Under the pieces are notes generated by a model, which was not told the DNA's origin, made no database searches, and was given only the letters and a program-made list of their open reading frames with translations. Both the position numbers and the translations under genes were made by a program. This document shows, in pieces, positions 10,101 through 25,200 of a stretch of 64,000 nt of DNA. Where the stretch lies: positions 39,556,001-39,620,000 of the forward strand of contig OZ024742.1 in assembly GCA_964016885.1 (NCBI GenBank). The letters are read 5' to 3'. Numbering within the stretch: the first letter of the stretch is position 1; every line of letters begins with the position of its first letter. The stretch comes from Eledone cirrhosa (Eukaryota).

Positions 10101-11750
10101 ATGTGTGTGTGTTTGTATATTAACTGTGTTGTATGTATGTGTGTTTGTATATTAACTGTGTTGTATGTATGTGTGTTTGTATGTTAACTGTGTTGTATGT
10201 ATGTGTGTTTGTATATTAACTCTGTTGTATGTATGTGTATTTGTATATTAACTGTGTTGTATGTATGTGTGTTTGTATATTAACTGTGTTGTATGTATGT
10301 GTGTTTCTATATTAACTGTGTTGTATGTGTGTGTTTGTATATTAACTCTGTTGTATGTATGTGTGTTTGTATATTAACTGTGTTGTATGTGTGTGTGTTT
10401 CTATATTAACTGTGTTGTATGTATGTGTGTTTGTATATTAACTGTGTTGTATGTATGTGCGTTTGTATATTAACTGTGTTGTATGTATGTATATATGTTT
10501 GTATATTAACTGTGTTGTATGTATCTATATATGTTTGTATATTAACTGTGTTGTATGTATGTATATGTTTGTATATTAACTGTGTTGTATGTATGTGTGT
10601 TTGTATATTAACTGTGTTGTATGTATATGTTTGTATATTAACTGTGTTGTATGTATGTGTGTTTGTATATTAACTGTGTTGTATGTATGTATATGTTTGT
10701 ATATTAACTGTGTTGTATGTGTGTGTGTTTCTATATTAACTGTGTTGTATGTATGTATATGTTTGTATATTAACTGTGTTGTATGTATGTGTGTTTGTAT
10801 ATTAACTGTGTTGTATGTATGTGTGTTTGTATATTAACTGTGTTGTATGTATGTGTGTTTGTGTATTAACTGTGTTTTATGTATGTGTGTTTGTATATTA
10901 ACTGTGTTGTATGTATGTGTGTTTGTGTATTAACTGTGTTGCATGTATGTGTGTTTGTATATTAACTGTGTTGTATGTATGTGTGTTTGTATATTAACTG
11001 TGTTGTATGTATGTGTGTTTGTATATTAACTGTGTTGTATGTATGTGTGTTTGTATATTAACTGTGTTGTATGTATGTGTGTTTGTATATTAACTGTGTT
11101 GTATGTGTGTGTGTTTGGATATTAACTGTGTTGTATGTGTGTGTGTTTGTATATTAACTGTGTTGTATGTATGTGTGTTTGTATATTAATGTGTTGTATG
11201 TATGTGTGTTTGTATATTAACTGTGTTGTATGTATGTATATGTTTGTATATTAACTGTGTTGTATGTGTGTGTGTTTGTATATTAACTGTGTTGTATGTA
11301 TGTGTGTTTGTATATTAACTGTGTTGTATGTATGTGTGTTTGTATGTTAACTGTGTTGTATGTATGTGTGTTTGTATATTAACTCTGTTGTATGTATGTG
11401 TATTTGTATATTAACTGTGTTGTATGTATGTGTGTTTGTATATTAACTGTGTTGTATGTGTGTGTGTTTCTATATTAACTGTGTTGTATGTGTGTGTTTG
11501 TATATTAACTCTGTTGTATGTATGTGTGTTTGTATATTAACTGTGTTGTATGTGTGTGTGTTTCTATATTAACTGTGTTGTATGTATGTGTGTTTGTATA
11601 TTAACTGTGTTGTATGTATGTGTGTTTGTATATTAACTGTGTTGTATGTATGTATATATGTTTGTATATTAACTGTGTTGTATGTATCTATATATGTTTG
11701 TATATTAACTTGTTGTATGTATGTATATGTTTGTATATTAACTGTGTTGT
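1130..11750 (+). repeat. Left satellite sub-domain with irregular ~1.1-kb and ~3.2-3.4-kb higher-order repetition
   Basis: Marker TTTGGATA occurs at ~2245, 4281, 5563, 6599, 7664, 8920, 9953 and 11116. The CTGTGGTTG+AACCGT pair occurs at ~1455, 4713 and 8130. ORF-track offsets are 3258, 3415, 3417, 3354, 1067 and 1161. Confidence 0.85.
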
Positions 11751-14700
11751 ATGTATGTGTGTTTGTATATTAACTGTGTTGTGTGTATATGTTTGTATAT
11801 TAACTCTGTTGTATGTATGTGTGTTTGTATATTAACTGTGTTGTATGTATGTATATGTTTGTATATTAACTGTGTTGTATGTGTGTGTGTTTCTATATTA
11901 ACTGTGTTGTATGTATGTATATGTTTGTATATTAACTGTGTTGTATGTATGTGTGTTTGTATATTAACTGTGTTGTATGTATGTGTGTTTGTATATTAAC
12001 TGTGTTGTATGTATGTGTGTTTGTGTATTAACTGTGTTTTATGTATGTGTGTTTGTATATTAACTGTGTTGTATGTATGTGTGTTTGTGTATTAACTGTG
12101 TTGTATGTATGTGTGTTTGTATATTAACTGTGTTGTATGTATGTGTGATTGTATATTAACTGTGTTCTATGTATGTGTGTTTGTATATTAACTGTGTTGT
12201 ATGTATGTGTGTTTGTATATTAACTGTGTTATATGTGTGTGTGTTTGTATATTAACTGTGTTGTATGTGTGTGTGTTTGTATATTAACTGTGTTGTATGT
12301 ATGTGTATTTGTATATTAATGTGTTGTATGTATGTGTGTTAGTATATTAACTGTGTTGTATGTATGTGTGTTTGTATATTAACTGTGTTGTATGTATGTG
12401 TGTTTGTATATTAACTGTGTTGTATGTATGTATGTTTGTATATTAACTGTGTTGTATGTATGTGTGTTTCTATATTAACTGTGTTGTATGTATGTATATG
12501 TTTGTATATTAACTGTGTAGTATGTATGTGTGTTTGTATATTAACTGTGTTGTATGTGTGTATATGTTATGTATATTAACTGTGTTGTATGTATGTGTGT
12601 TTGTATATTAACTGTGTTGTATGTATGTGTGTTTGTATATTAACTGTGTTGTATGTATGTTTGTTTGTATATTAACTGTGTTGTATGTATATGTTTGTAT
12701 ATTAACTGTGTTGTATGTGTGTGTGTTTCTATATTAACTGTGTTGTATGTATGTATATGTTTGTGTATTAACTGTGTTGTATGTATGTGTGTTTGTATAT
12801 TAACTGTGTTGTATGTATGTGTGTTTGTATATTAACTGTGTTGTATGTATGTGTGTTTGTGTATCAACTGTGTTGTATATATGTGTGTTTGTATATTAAC
12901 TGTGTTGTATGTATGTATATGTTTGTATATTAACTGTGGTTGTATGTATGTGTTTGTATATTAAATGTGTTGTATGTATGTGTGTTTGTATATTAACTGG
13001 GTTGTATGTATGTGTGTTTCTGTATTAACTGTGTTGTATGTATGTGTGTTTGTATATTAACTGTGTTGTATGTATGTGTGATTGTATATTAACTGTGTTG
13101 TATGTATGTGTGTTTGTATATTAACTGTGTTCTATGTATGTGTGTTTGTATATTAACTGTGTTGTACGTATGTGTGTTTGTATATTAACTGTGTTGTATG
13201 TGTGTGTGTTTGTATATTAACTGTGTTGTATGTGTGTGTGTTTGTATATTAACTGTGTTGTATGTATGTGTGTTTGTATATTAATGTGTTGTATGTATGT
13301 GTGTTTGTATATTAACTGTGTTGTATGTATGTGTGTTTGTATATTAACTGTGTTGTATGTATGTGTGTTTGTATATTAACTGTGTTGTATGTATGTATGT
13401 TTGTATATTAACTGTGTTGTACGTATGTGTGTTTGTATATTAACTGTGTTGTATGTGTGTGTGTTTGTATATTAACTGTGTTGTATGTATGTGTGTTTGT
13501 ATATTAACTGTGTTGTATGTATGTGTGTTTGTATATTAACTGTGTTGTATGTATGTGTGTTTGTATATTAACTGTGTTGTATGTGTGTATATGTTTGTAA
13601 ATTAACTGTGTTGTATGTATGTGTGTTTGTATATTAACTGTGTTGTATGTATGTGTGTTTGTATATTAACTGTGTTGTATGTATGTGTGTTTCTATATTA
13701 ACTGTGTTGTATGTATGTGTGTTTGTATATTAACTGTGTTGTATGTATATGTTTGTATATTAACTGTGTTGTATGTATGTATATGTTTCTATATTAACTG
13801 TGTTGTATGTGTGTGTGTTTGTATATTAACTGTGTTGTATGTATGTGTGTTTGTATATTAACTGTGTTGTATGTATGTGTGTTTGTATATTAACTGTGTT
13901 GTATGTATGTGTGTTTGTATATTAACTGTGTTGTATGTATGTGTGTTTGTATATTAACTGTGTTGTATGTATGTGTGTGTGTATATTAACTGTGTTGTAT
14001 GTATGTATATGTTTGTATATTAACTGTGTTGTATGTATATGTTTGTGTTTTTAACTGTGTTGTATGTATGTGTGTTTGTATGTTAAATGTGTTGTATGTA
14101 TGTGTGTTTGTATATTAACTGTGTTGTATGTATGTGTGTTTTATATTAACTGTGTTGTATGTATATGTGTTTGTATATTAACTGTGTTGTATGTATGTGT
14201 GTTTGTATATTAACTGTGTTGTATGTATGTGTGTTTGTATATTAACTGTGTCGTATGTGTGTATATGTTTGTATATTAACTGTGTTGTATGTGTGTGTTT
14301 TTGTATATTAACTGTGTTGTATGTATGTGTGTTTGTATATTAACTGTGTTGTATGTATGTGTGTTTGTATATTAACTGTGTTGTATGTATGTGTGTTTGT
14401 ATATTAACTGTGTTGTATGTATGTGTGTTTGTATATTAACTGTGTTGTATGTGTGTATATATTTGTGTATTAACTGTGTTGTATGTATGTGTGTTTGTAT
14501 ATTAACTGTGTTGTATGTATGTGTGTTTGTATATTAACTGTGTTGTATGTGTGTATATGTTTGTACATTAACTGTGTTGTATGTGTGTGTGTTTGTATAT
14601 TAACTGTGTTGTATGTATGTGTGTTTGTATATTAACTGTGTTGTATGTATGTGTGTTTGTATATTAACTGTGTTGTATGTATGTGTGTTTGTATATTAAC

Positions 14701-17700
14701 TGTGTTGCATGTATATGTTTGTGTATTAACTGTGTTGTATGTATGTGTGTTTGTATATTAACTGTGTTGTATGTATGTATATGTTTGTATATTAACTGTG
14801 TTGTATGTATATATGTTTGTATATTAACTGTGTTGTATGTGTGTGTGTTTGTATATTAACTGTGTTGTATGTATGTGTGTTTGTATATTAACTGTGTTGT
14901 ATGTATGTGTGTTTGTATATTATCTGCGTTCTATGTATGTGTGTTTGTATATTAACTGTGTTGTATGTATGTATGTGTGTTTGTATATTAACTGTGTTGT
15001 GTGTATATGTTTGTATATTAACTCTGTTGTATGTATGTGTGTTTGTATATTAACTGTGTTGTATGTATGTATATGTTTGTATATTAACTGTGTTGTATGT
15101 GTGTGTGTTTCTATATTAACTGTGTTGTATGTATGTATATGTTTGTATATTAACTGTGTTGTATGTATGTGTGTTTGTATATTAACTGTGTTGTATGTAT
15201 GTGTGTTTGTATATTAACTGTGTTGTATGTATGTGTGTTTGTGTATTAACTGTGTTTTATGTATGTGTGTTTGTATATTAACTGTGTTGTATGTATGTGT
15301 GTTTGTGTATTAACTGTGTTGTATGTATGTGTGTTTGTATATTAACTGTGTTGTATGTATGTGTGATTGTATATTAACTGTGTTCTATGTATGTGTGTTT
15401 GTATATTAACTGTGTTGTATGTATGTGTGTTTGTATATTAACTGTGTTATATGTGTGTGTGTTTGTATATTAACTGTGTTGTATGTGTGTGTGTTTGTAT
15501 ATTAACTGTGTTGTATGTATGTGTATTTGTATATTAATGTGTTGTATGTATGTGTGTTAGTATATTAACTGTGTTGTATGTATGTGTGTTTGTATATTAA
15601 CTGTGTTGTATGTATGTGTGTTTGTATATTAACTGTGTTGTATGTATGTATGTTTGTATATTAACTGTGTTGTATGTATGTGTGTTTCTATATTAACTGT
15701 GTTGTATGTATGTATATGTTTGTATATTAACTGTGTAGTATGTATGTGTGTTTGTATATTAACTGTGTTGTATGTGTGTATATGTTATGTATATTAACTG
15801 TGTTGTATGTATGTGTGTTTGTATATTAACTGTGTTGTATGTATGTGTGTTTGTATATTAACTGTGTTGTATGTATGTTTGTTTGTATATTAACTGTGTC
15901 GTATGTATATGTTTGTATATTAACTGTGTTGTATGTGTGTGTGTTTCTATATTAACTGTGTTGTATGTATGTATATGTTTGTGTATTAACTGTGTTGTAT
16001 GTATGTGTGTTTGTATATTAACTGTGTTGTATGTATGTGTGTTTGTATATTAACTGTGTTGTATGTATGTGTGTTTGTGTATCAACTGTGTTGTATATAT
16101 GTGTGTTTGTATATTAACTGTGTTGTATGTATGTATATGTTTGTATATTAACTGTGGTTGTATGTATGTGTTTGTATATTAAATGTGTTGTATGTATGTG
16201 TGTTTGTATATTAACTGGGTTGTATGTATGTGTGTTTCTGTATTAACTGTGTTGTATGTATGTGTGTTTGTATATTAACTGTGTTGTATGTATGTGTGAT
16301 TGTATATTAACTGTGTTGTATGTATGTGTGTTTGTATATTAACTGTGTTCTATGTATGTGTGTTTGTATATTAACTGTGTTGTACGTATGTGTGTTTGTA
16401 TATTAACTGTGTTGTATGTGTGTGTGTTTGTATATTAACTGTGTTGTATGTGTGTGTGTTTGTATATTAACTGTGTTGTATGTATGTGTGTTTGTATATT
16501 AATGTGTTGTATGTATGTGTGTTTGTATATTAACTGTGTTGTATGTATGTGTGTTTGTATATTAACTGTGTTGTATGTATGTGTGTTTGTATATTAACTG
16601 TGTTGTATGTATGTATGTTTGTATATTAATTGTGTTGTACGTATGTGTGTTTGTATATTAACTGTGTTGTATGTGTGTGTGTTTGTATATTAACTGTGTT
16701 GTATGTATGTGTGTTTGTATATTAACTGTGTTGTATGTATGTGTGTTTGTATATTAACTGTGTTGTATGTATGTGTGTTTGTATATTAACTGTGTTGTAT
16801 GTGTGTATATGTTTGTAAATTAACTGTGTTGTATGTATGTGTGTTTGTATATTAACTGTGTTGTATGTATGTGTGTTTGTATATTAACTGTGTTGTATGT
16901 ATGTGTGTTTCTATATTAACTGTGTTGTATGTATGTGTGTTTGTATATTAACTGTGTTGTATGTATATGTTTGTATATTAACTGTGTTGTATGTATGTAT
17001 ATGTTTCTATATTAACTGTGTTGTATGTGTGTGTGTTTGTATATTAACTGTGTTGTATGTATGTGTGTTTGTATATTAACTGTGTTGTATGTATGTGTGT
17101 TTGTATATTAACTGTGTTGTATGTATGTGTGTTTGTATATTAACTGTGTTGTATGTATGTGTGTTTGTATATTAACTGTGTTGTATGTATGTGTGTGTGT
17201 ATATTAACTGTGTTGTATGTATGTATATGTTTGTATATTAACTGTGTTGTATGTATATGTTTGTGTTTTTAACTGTGTTGTATGTATGTGTGTTTGTATG
17301 TTAAATGTGTTGTATGTATGTGTGTTTGTATATTAACTGTGTTGTATGTATGTGTGTTTTATATTAACTGTGTTGTATGTATATGTGTTTGTATATTAAC
17401 TGTGTTGTATGTATGTGTGTTTGTATATTAACTGTGTTGTATGTATGTGTGTTTGTATATTAACTGTGTCGTATGTGTGTATATGTTTGTATATTAACTG
17501 TGTTGTATGTGTGTGTTTTTGTATATTAACTGTGTTGTATGTATGTGTGTTTGTATATTAACTGTGTTGTATGTATGTGTGTTTGTATATTAACTGTGTT
17601 GTATGTATGTGTGTTTGTATATTAACTGTGTTGTATGTATGTGTGTTTGTATATTAACTGTGTTGTATGTGTGTATATATTTGTGTATTAACTGTGTTGT

Positions 17701-18190
17701 ATGTATGTGTGTTTGTATATTAACTGTGTTGTATGTATGTGTGTTTGTATATTAACTGTGTTGTATGTGTGTATATGTTTGTACATTAACTGTGTTGTAT
17801 GTGTGTGTGTTTGTATATTAACTGTGTTGTATGTATGTGTGTTTGTATATTAACTGTGTTGTATGTATGTGTGTTTGTATATTAACTGTGTTGTATGTAT
17901 GTGTGTTTGTATATTAACTGTGTTGCATGTATATGTTTGTGTATTAACTGTGTTGTATGTATGTGTGTTTGTATATTAACTGTGTTGTATGTATGTATAT
18001 GTTTGTATATTAACTGTGTTGTATGTATATATGTTTGTATATTAACTGTGTTGTATGTGTGTGTGTTTGTATATTAACTGTGTTGTATGTATGTGTGTTT
18101 GTATATTAACTGTGTTGTATGTATGTGTGTTTGTATATTATCTGCGTTCTATGTATGTGTGTTTGTATATTAACTGTGTTGTATGTATGT
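11750..18190 (+). repeat. Tandem duplication of a 3,218-bp block (~100 monomers)
   Basis: Matching ORFs sit at a constant offset of 3218 (12653/15871, 13679/16897, 14677/17895, 14837/18055). Shared rare variants include GTTAGTAT, GTGTAGTAT, AACTGGGTT, GTAAATT and TATCTGCGTTCT. Confidence 0.93.
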
Positions 18191-21100
18191 ATGTGTGTTT
18201 GTATATTAACTGTGTTGTCTGTGTGTATATGTTTGTATATTAACTGTGTTGTATGTACGTGTGTTTGTATATTAACTGTGTTGTATGTGTGTGTGTTTGT
18301 ATATTAATTGTGTTGTATGTATGTGTGTTTGTATATTAACTGTGTTGTATATATGTATATGTTTGTATATTAACTGTGTTGTATGTATGTATATGTTTGT
18401 ATATTAACTGTGTTGTATGTATGTGTGTTTGTATATTAACTGTGTTGTATGTATGTGTGTTTGTATATTAACTGTGTTGTATGTATGTGTGTTTCTATAT
18501 TAACTGTGTTGTATGTATGTGTGTTTGTATATTAACTGTGTTGTATGTGTGTGTGTTTGTATATTAACTGTGTTGTATGTATGTATATGTTTGTATATTA
18601 ACTGTGTTGTATGTATGTGTGTTTGTATATTAACTGTGTTGTATGTATGTGTGTTTGTATATTAACTGTGTTGTATGTATGTGTGTTTGTATATTAACTG
18701 TGTTGTATGTATGTATATGTTTGTATATTAACTGTGTTGTATGTATGTGTGTTTGTATATTAACTGTGTTGTATGTATGTATATGTTTGTATATTAACTG
18801 TGTTGTATGTGTGTTTGTATATTAACTGTGTTGCATGTATGTATATGTTTCTATATTAACTGTGTTGTATGTATGTGTGTTTGTATATTAACTGTGTTGT
18901 ATGTGTGTATATGTTTGTATATTAACTGTGTTGTATGTATGTATATGTTTGTATATTAACTGTGTTGTATGTATGTGTAGTTGTATATTAACCGTGTTGC
19001 ATGTATGTATATGTTTCTATATTAACTGTGTTGTATGTATGTGTGTTTGTATATTAACTGTGTTGTATGTATGTGTGTTTGTATATTAACTGTGTTGTAT
19101 GTATGTATATGTTTGTATATTAACTGTGTTGTATGTATGTGTGTTTGTATATTAACTGTGTTGCATGTATGTGTGTTTGTATATTAACTGTGTTGTATGT
19201 ATATGTTTCTATATTAACTGTGTTGTATGTATGTGTGTTTGTTTATTACCTGTGTTGTATGTATGTGTGTTTGTATATTAACTGTGTTGTATGTATATGT
19301 TTGTATATTAACTGTGTTGTATGTATGTGTATGTTTCTATATTAACTGTGTTGTATGTGTGTGTGTATGTATATTAACTGTGTAGTATGTATGTGTGTTT
19401 TTATATTAACTGTGTTGTATGTATGTGTGTTTGTATATTAACTGTGTTGTATGTATGTGTGTGTGTATATTAACTGTGTTGTATGTATGTATGTTTGTAT
19501 ATTAACTGTGTTGTATGTATGTGTGTTTGTATATTAACTGTGTTGTATGTATGTGTGTTTGTATATTAACTGTGTTGTATGTATGTGTGTTTGTATATTA
19601 ATTGTGTTGTATGTATGTGTGTTTGTATATTAACTGTGTTGTATGTGTGTGTGTTTGTATAGTAACTGTGTTCTATGTGTCTATATGTTTGTATATTAAC
19701 TGTGTTGTATGTATGTATATGTTTCTATATTAACTGTGTTGTATGTGTGTTTGTATATTAACTGTGTTGTATGTATGTGTGTTTGTATATTAACTGTGTT
19801 GTATGTATGTGTGTTTGTATATTAACTGTGTTGTATGTATGTATGTTTGTATATTAACTGTGTTGTATGTATGTGTGTTTGTATATTAACTGTGTTGTAT
19901 GTGTGTGTGTTCGTATATTATCTGTGTTGTATGTATGTGTGTTTGTATATTAACTGTGTTGTATGTATGTGTGTTTGTATATTAACTGTGTTGTATGTAT
20001 GTGTGCTTGTATATTAACTGTGTTGTATGTGTGTATATGTTTGTATATTAAATGTGTTGTATGTATGTGTGTTTGTATATTAACTGTGTTGTATGTATGT
20101 GTGTTTGTATATTAACTGTGTTGTATGTGTGTGTGTTTGTATACTAACTGTGTTGTATGTATGTGTGTTTGTATATTAACTGTGTTGTATGTATATGTTT
20201 GTATATTAACTGTGTTGTATGTGTGTTTGTATATTAACTGTGTTGCATGTATGTATATGTTTCTATATTAACTGTGTTGTATGTATGTGTGTTTGTATAT
20301 TAACTGTGTTGTATGTGCGTATATGTTTGTATATTAACTCTGTTGTATGTATGTATATGTTTGTATATTAACTGTGTTGTATGTATGTGTGTTTCTATAT
20401 TAACTGTGTTGCATGTATGTATATGTTTCTATATTAACTGTGTTGTATGTATGTGTGTTTGTATATTAACTGTGTTGTATGTATGTGTGTTTGTATATTA
20501 ACTGTGTTGTATGTATGTATATGTTTGTATATTAACTGTGTTGTATGTATGTGTGTTTGTATATTAACTATGTTGCATGTATGTGTGTTTGTATATTAAC
20601 TGTGTTGTATGTATATGTTTCTATATTAACTGTGTTGTATGTATGTGTGTTTGTATATTAACTGTGTTGTATGTATGTGTGTTTGTATATTAACTGTGTT
20701 GCATGTGTGTGTGTTTGCATATTAACTATGTTGTATGTATGTATATGTTTCTATATTAACTGTGTTGTATGTGTGTGTGTAAGTATATTAACTGTGTAGT
20801 ATGTATGTGTGTTTTTATATTAACTGTGTTGTATGTATGTGTGTTTGTATATTAACTGTGTTGTATGTATGTGTGTGTGTATATTAACTGTGTTGTATGT
20901 ATGTATGTTTGTATATTAACTGTGTTGTATGTATGTGTGTTTGTATATTAACTGTGTTGTATGTATGTGTGTTTCTATATTAACTGTGTTGTATGTATGT
21001 GTGTTTGTATATTAACTGTGTTGTATGTATATGTTTGTATATTAACTGTCTTGTATGTATGTATATGTTTCTATATTAACTGTGTTGTATGTGTGTGTGT

Positions 21101-22220
21101 TTGTATATTAACTGTGTTGTATGTATGTGTGTTTGTATATTAACTGTGTTGTATGTATGTGTGTTTGTATATTAACTGTGTTGTATGTATGTGTGTTTGT
21201 ATATTAACTGTGTTGCATGTATATGTTTGTATATTAACTGTGTTGTATGTATGTGTGTTTGTATATTAACTGTGTTGTATGTATGTGTGTTTGTATATTA
21301 ACTGTGTTGTATGTATGTGTGTTTGTATATTAACTGTGTTGTATGTGTGTATATATTTGTGTATTAACTGTGTTGTATGTATGTGTGTTTGTATATTAAC
21401 TGTGTTGTATGTATGTATATGTTTGTATATTAACTGTGTTGTATGTATATATGTTTGTATATTAACTGTGTTGTATGTGTGTGTGTTTGTATATTAACTG
21501 TGTTGTATGTATGTGTGTTTGTATATTAACTGTTTTGTATGTATGTCTGTTTGTATATTATCTGCGTTGTATGTATGTGTGTTTGTATATTAACTGTGTT
21601 GTATGTATGTATGTGTGTTTGTATATTAACTGTGTTGTCTGTGTGTATATGTTTGTATATTAACTGTGTTGTATGTACGTGTGTTTGTATATTAACTGTG
21701 TTGTATGTGTGTGTGTTTGTATATTAATTGTGTTGTATGTATGTGTGTTTGTATATTAACTGTGTTGTATGTATGTATATGTTTGTATATTAACTGTGTT
21801 GTATGTATGTATATGTTTGTATATTAACTGTGTTGTATGTATGTGTGTTTGTATATTAACTGTGTTGTATGTATGTGTGTTTGTATATTAACTGTGTTGT
21901 ATGTATGTGTGTTTCTATATTAACTGTGTTGTATGTATGTGTGTTTGTATATTAACTGTGTTGTATGTGTGTGTGTTTGTATATTAACTGTGTTGTATGT
22001 ATGTATATGTTTGTATATTAACTGTGTTGTATGTATGTGTGTTTGTATATTAACTGTGTTGTATGTATGTGTGTTTGTATATTAACTGTGTTGTATGTAT
22101 GTGTGTTTGTATATTAACTGTGTTGTATGTATGTATATGTTTGTATATTAACTGTGTTGTATGTATGTGTGTTTGTATATTAACTGTGTTGTATGTATGT
22201 ATATGTTTGTATATTAACTG
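18000..22220 (+). repeat. Segment repeated at a 3,420-bp offset (~18.0-18.8 kb vs ~21.4-22.2 kb), with an internal ~1.41-kb repeat
   Basis: ORF pairs 18055/21475, 18119/21539 and 18643/22063 differ by 3420, and 18901/20313 by 1412. Shared variants: TATCTGCG, GTTGTCTGTG, GTACGT. Confidence 0.8.
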
Positions 22221-25200
22221 TGTTCTATGTATGTATGTTTGTATATTAACTGTGTTGTATGTATGTGTGTTTGTATATTAACTGTGTTGTATGTATGTAT
22301 GTTTGTATATTAACTGTGTTGTATGTATGTGTGGTTGTATATTAACTGTGTTGTATGTATGTGTGTTTCTATATTAACTGTGTTGTATGTATGTGTGTTT
22401 GTATATTAACAGTGTTGTATGTATGTGTGTTTGTATATTAACTGTGTTGTATGTATGTGTGTTTGTATATTAACTGTGTTGTATGTATGTGTATTTGTAT
22501 ATTAACTGTGTTGTATGTATATGTTTGTATATTAACTGTGTTGTATGTATGTGTGTTTGTATATTAACTGTGTTGTATGTATGTGTGTGTGTATATTAAC
22601 TGTGTTGTATGTATATATGTTTGTATATTAACTGTGTTGTATGTATGTGTGTTTGTATATTAACTGTGTTGTATGTATGTGTGTTTGTATATTAACTGTG
22701 TTGTATGTATGTGTGTTTCTATATTAACTGTGTTGTATGTATGTGTGTGTGTACATTAACTGTGTTGTATGTATTTGTGTTTATATATTAACTGTGTTGC
22801 ATGTATATGTTTGTATATTAACTGTGTTTTATGTATGTATGTGTGTTTGTATATTAACTGTGTTGCATGTATATGTTTGTATATTAACTGTGTTGTATGT
22901 ATGTGTGTTTGTATATTAACTGTGTTGTATGTGTGTATATGTTTGTATATTAACTGTGTTGTATGTATGTGTGTTTGTATATTAACTGTGTTGCATGTAT
23001 GTGTGTTTGTATATTAACTGTGTTGCATGTATATGTTTGTATATTAACTGTGTTGTATGTATGTGTGTTTGTATATTAACTGTGTTGTATGTATGTGTGT
23101 GTGTATATTAACTGTGTTGTATGTATATATGTTTGTATATTAACTATGTTGTATGTATGTATATGTTTGTATATTAACTGTGTTTTATGTATGTGTGTGT
23201 GTATATTAACTGTGTTGTATGTATGTATATGTTTGTATATTAACTGTGTTGCATGTATATGTTTGTATATTAACTGTGTTGTATGTATGTGTGTTTGTAT
23301 ATTAATTGTGTTGTATGTATGTGTGTTTGTATATTAATTGTGTTGTATGTATGTGTGTTTGTTTATTAACTGTGTTGTATGTATGTGTGTTTGTATATCA
23401 ACTGTGTTGTATGAATGTGTGTGTGTATATTAACTGTGTTGTATGTATGTATGTTTGTATATTAACTGTGTTGTATGTATGTGTGTTTGTATATTAACTG
23501 TGTTGTATGTATGTATATGTTTGTATATTAACTGTGTTGTATGTATGTATATGTTTGTATATTAACTGTGTTGTATGTATGTGTGTCTGTATATTAACTG
23601 TGTTGTATGTATGTGTGTTTGTATATTAACTGTGTTGTATGTGTGTGTGTTTGTATATTATCTGTGTTGTATGTATGTGTGTTTGTATATTAACTGTGTT
23701 GTATGTATGTGTGTTTGTATATTAACTGTGTTGTATCTATGTGTGTTTGTATATCAACTGTGTTGTATGTATGTGTGTTTGTATATTAACTGTGTTGTAT
23801 GTATGTGTGTTTGTATATTAACTGTGTTGTATGTATATATGTTTGTATATTAACTGTGTCGTATGTATGTATATGTTTGTATATTAACTGTGTTGTATGT
23901 ATGTGTGTTTGTATATTAACTGTGTTGTATGTATGTGTGTTTGTATATTAACTGTGTTGTATGTATGTATATAATTGTATAGTAACTGTGTTGTATGTAT
24001 GAGTGTTTGTATATTAACTGTGTTGTATGTATGTGTGTTTGTATATTAACTGTGTTGTATGTATGTATATGTTTGTGTATTAACTGTGTTGTATGTATGT
24101 GTGTTTGTATATTAACTGTGTTGTATGTATGTATATGTTTGTGTATTAACTGTGTTGTATGTATGTGTGTTTGTATATTAACTGTGTTGTATGTATGTGT
24201 GTTTGTATATTAACTGTGTTGTATGTATGTGTGTGTGTATATTAACTGTGTTGTATGTATATATGTTTGTATATTAACTATGTTGTATGTATGTATATGT
24301 TTGTATATTAACTGTGTTTTATGTATGTGTGTGTGTATATTAACTGTGTTGTATGTATGTATATGTTTGTGTATTAACTGTGTTGTATGTATGTGTGTTT
24401 GTATATTAACTGTGTTGTATGTATGTGTGTTTGTATATTAACTGTGTTGTATGTATGTGTGTTTGTATATTAACTGTGTTGAATGTATGTGTGTTTGTAT
24501 ATTAACTGTGTTGTATGTATGTGTGTTTGTATATTAACTGTGTTGTATGTATGTGTGTTTGTATATTAACTGTGTTGTATGTATGTGTGTTTGTATATTA
24601 ACTGTGTTGTATGTATGTATATGTTTGTATAGTAACTGTGTTGTATGTATGTGTGTTTGTATATTAACTGTGTTGTATGTATGTGTGTTTGTATATTAAC
24701 TGTGTTGTATGTATGTATATGTTTGTGTATCAACTGTGTTGTATGTATGTGTGTTTGTATATTAACTGTGTTGTATGTATGTGTGTTTGTATATTAACTG
24801 TGTTGTATGTATGTGTGTTTGTATATTAACTGTGTTGTATGTATGTGTGTTTGTATATTAACTGTGTTGTATGTATGTGTGTTTGTATATTAACTGTGTT
24901 GTATGTATGTATATGTTTGTATATTAACTGTGTTCTATGTATGTATGTTTGTATATTAACTGTGTTGTATGTATGTGTGTTTGTATATTAACTGTGTTGT
25001 ATGTATGTATATGTTTGTATATTAACTGTGTTGTATGTATGTATGTTTGTATATTAACTGTGTTGTATGTATGTGTGGTTGTATATTAACTGTGTTGTAT
25101 GTATGTGTGTTTCTATATTAACTGTGTTGTATGTATGTGTGTTTGTATAATTACAGTGTTGTATGTATGTGTGTTTGTATATTAACTGTGTTGTATGTAT

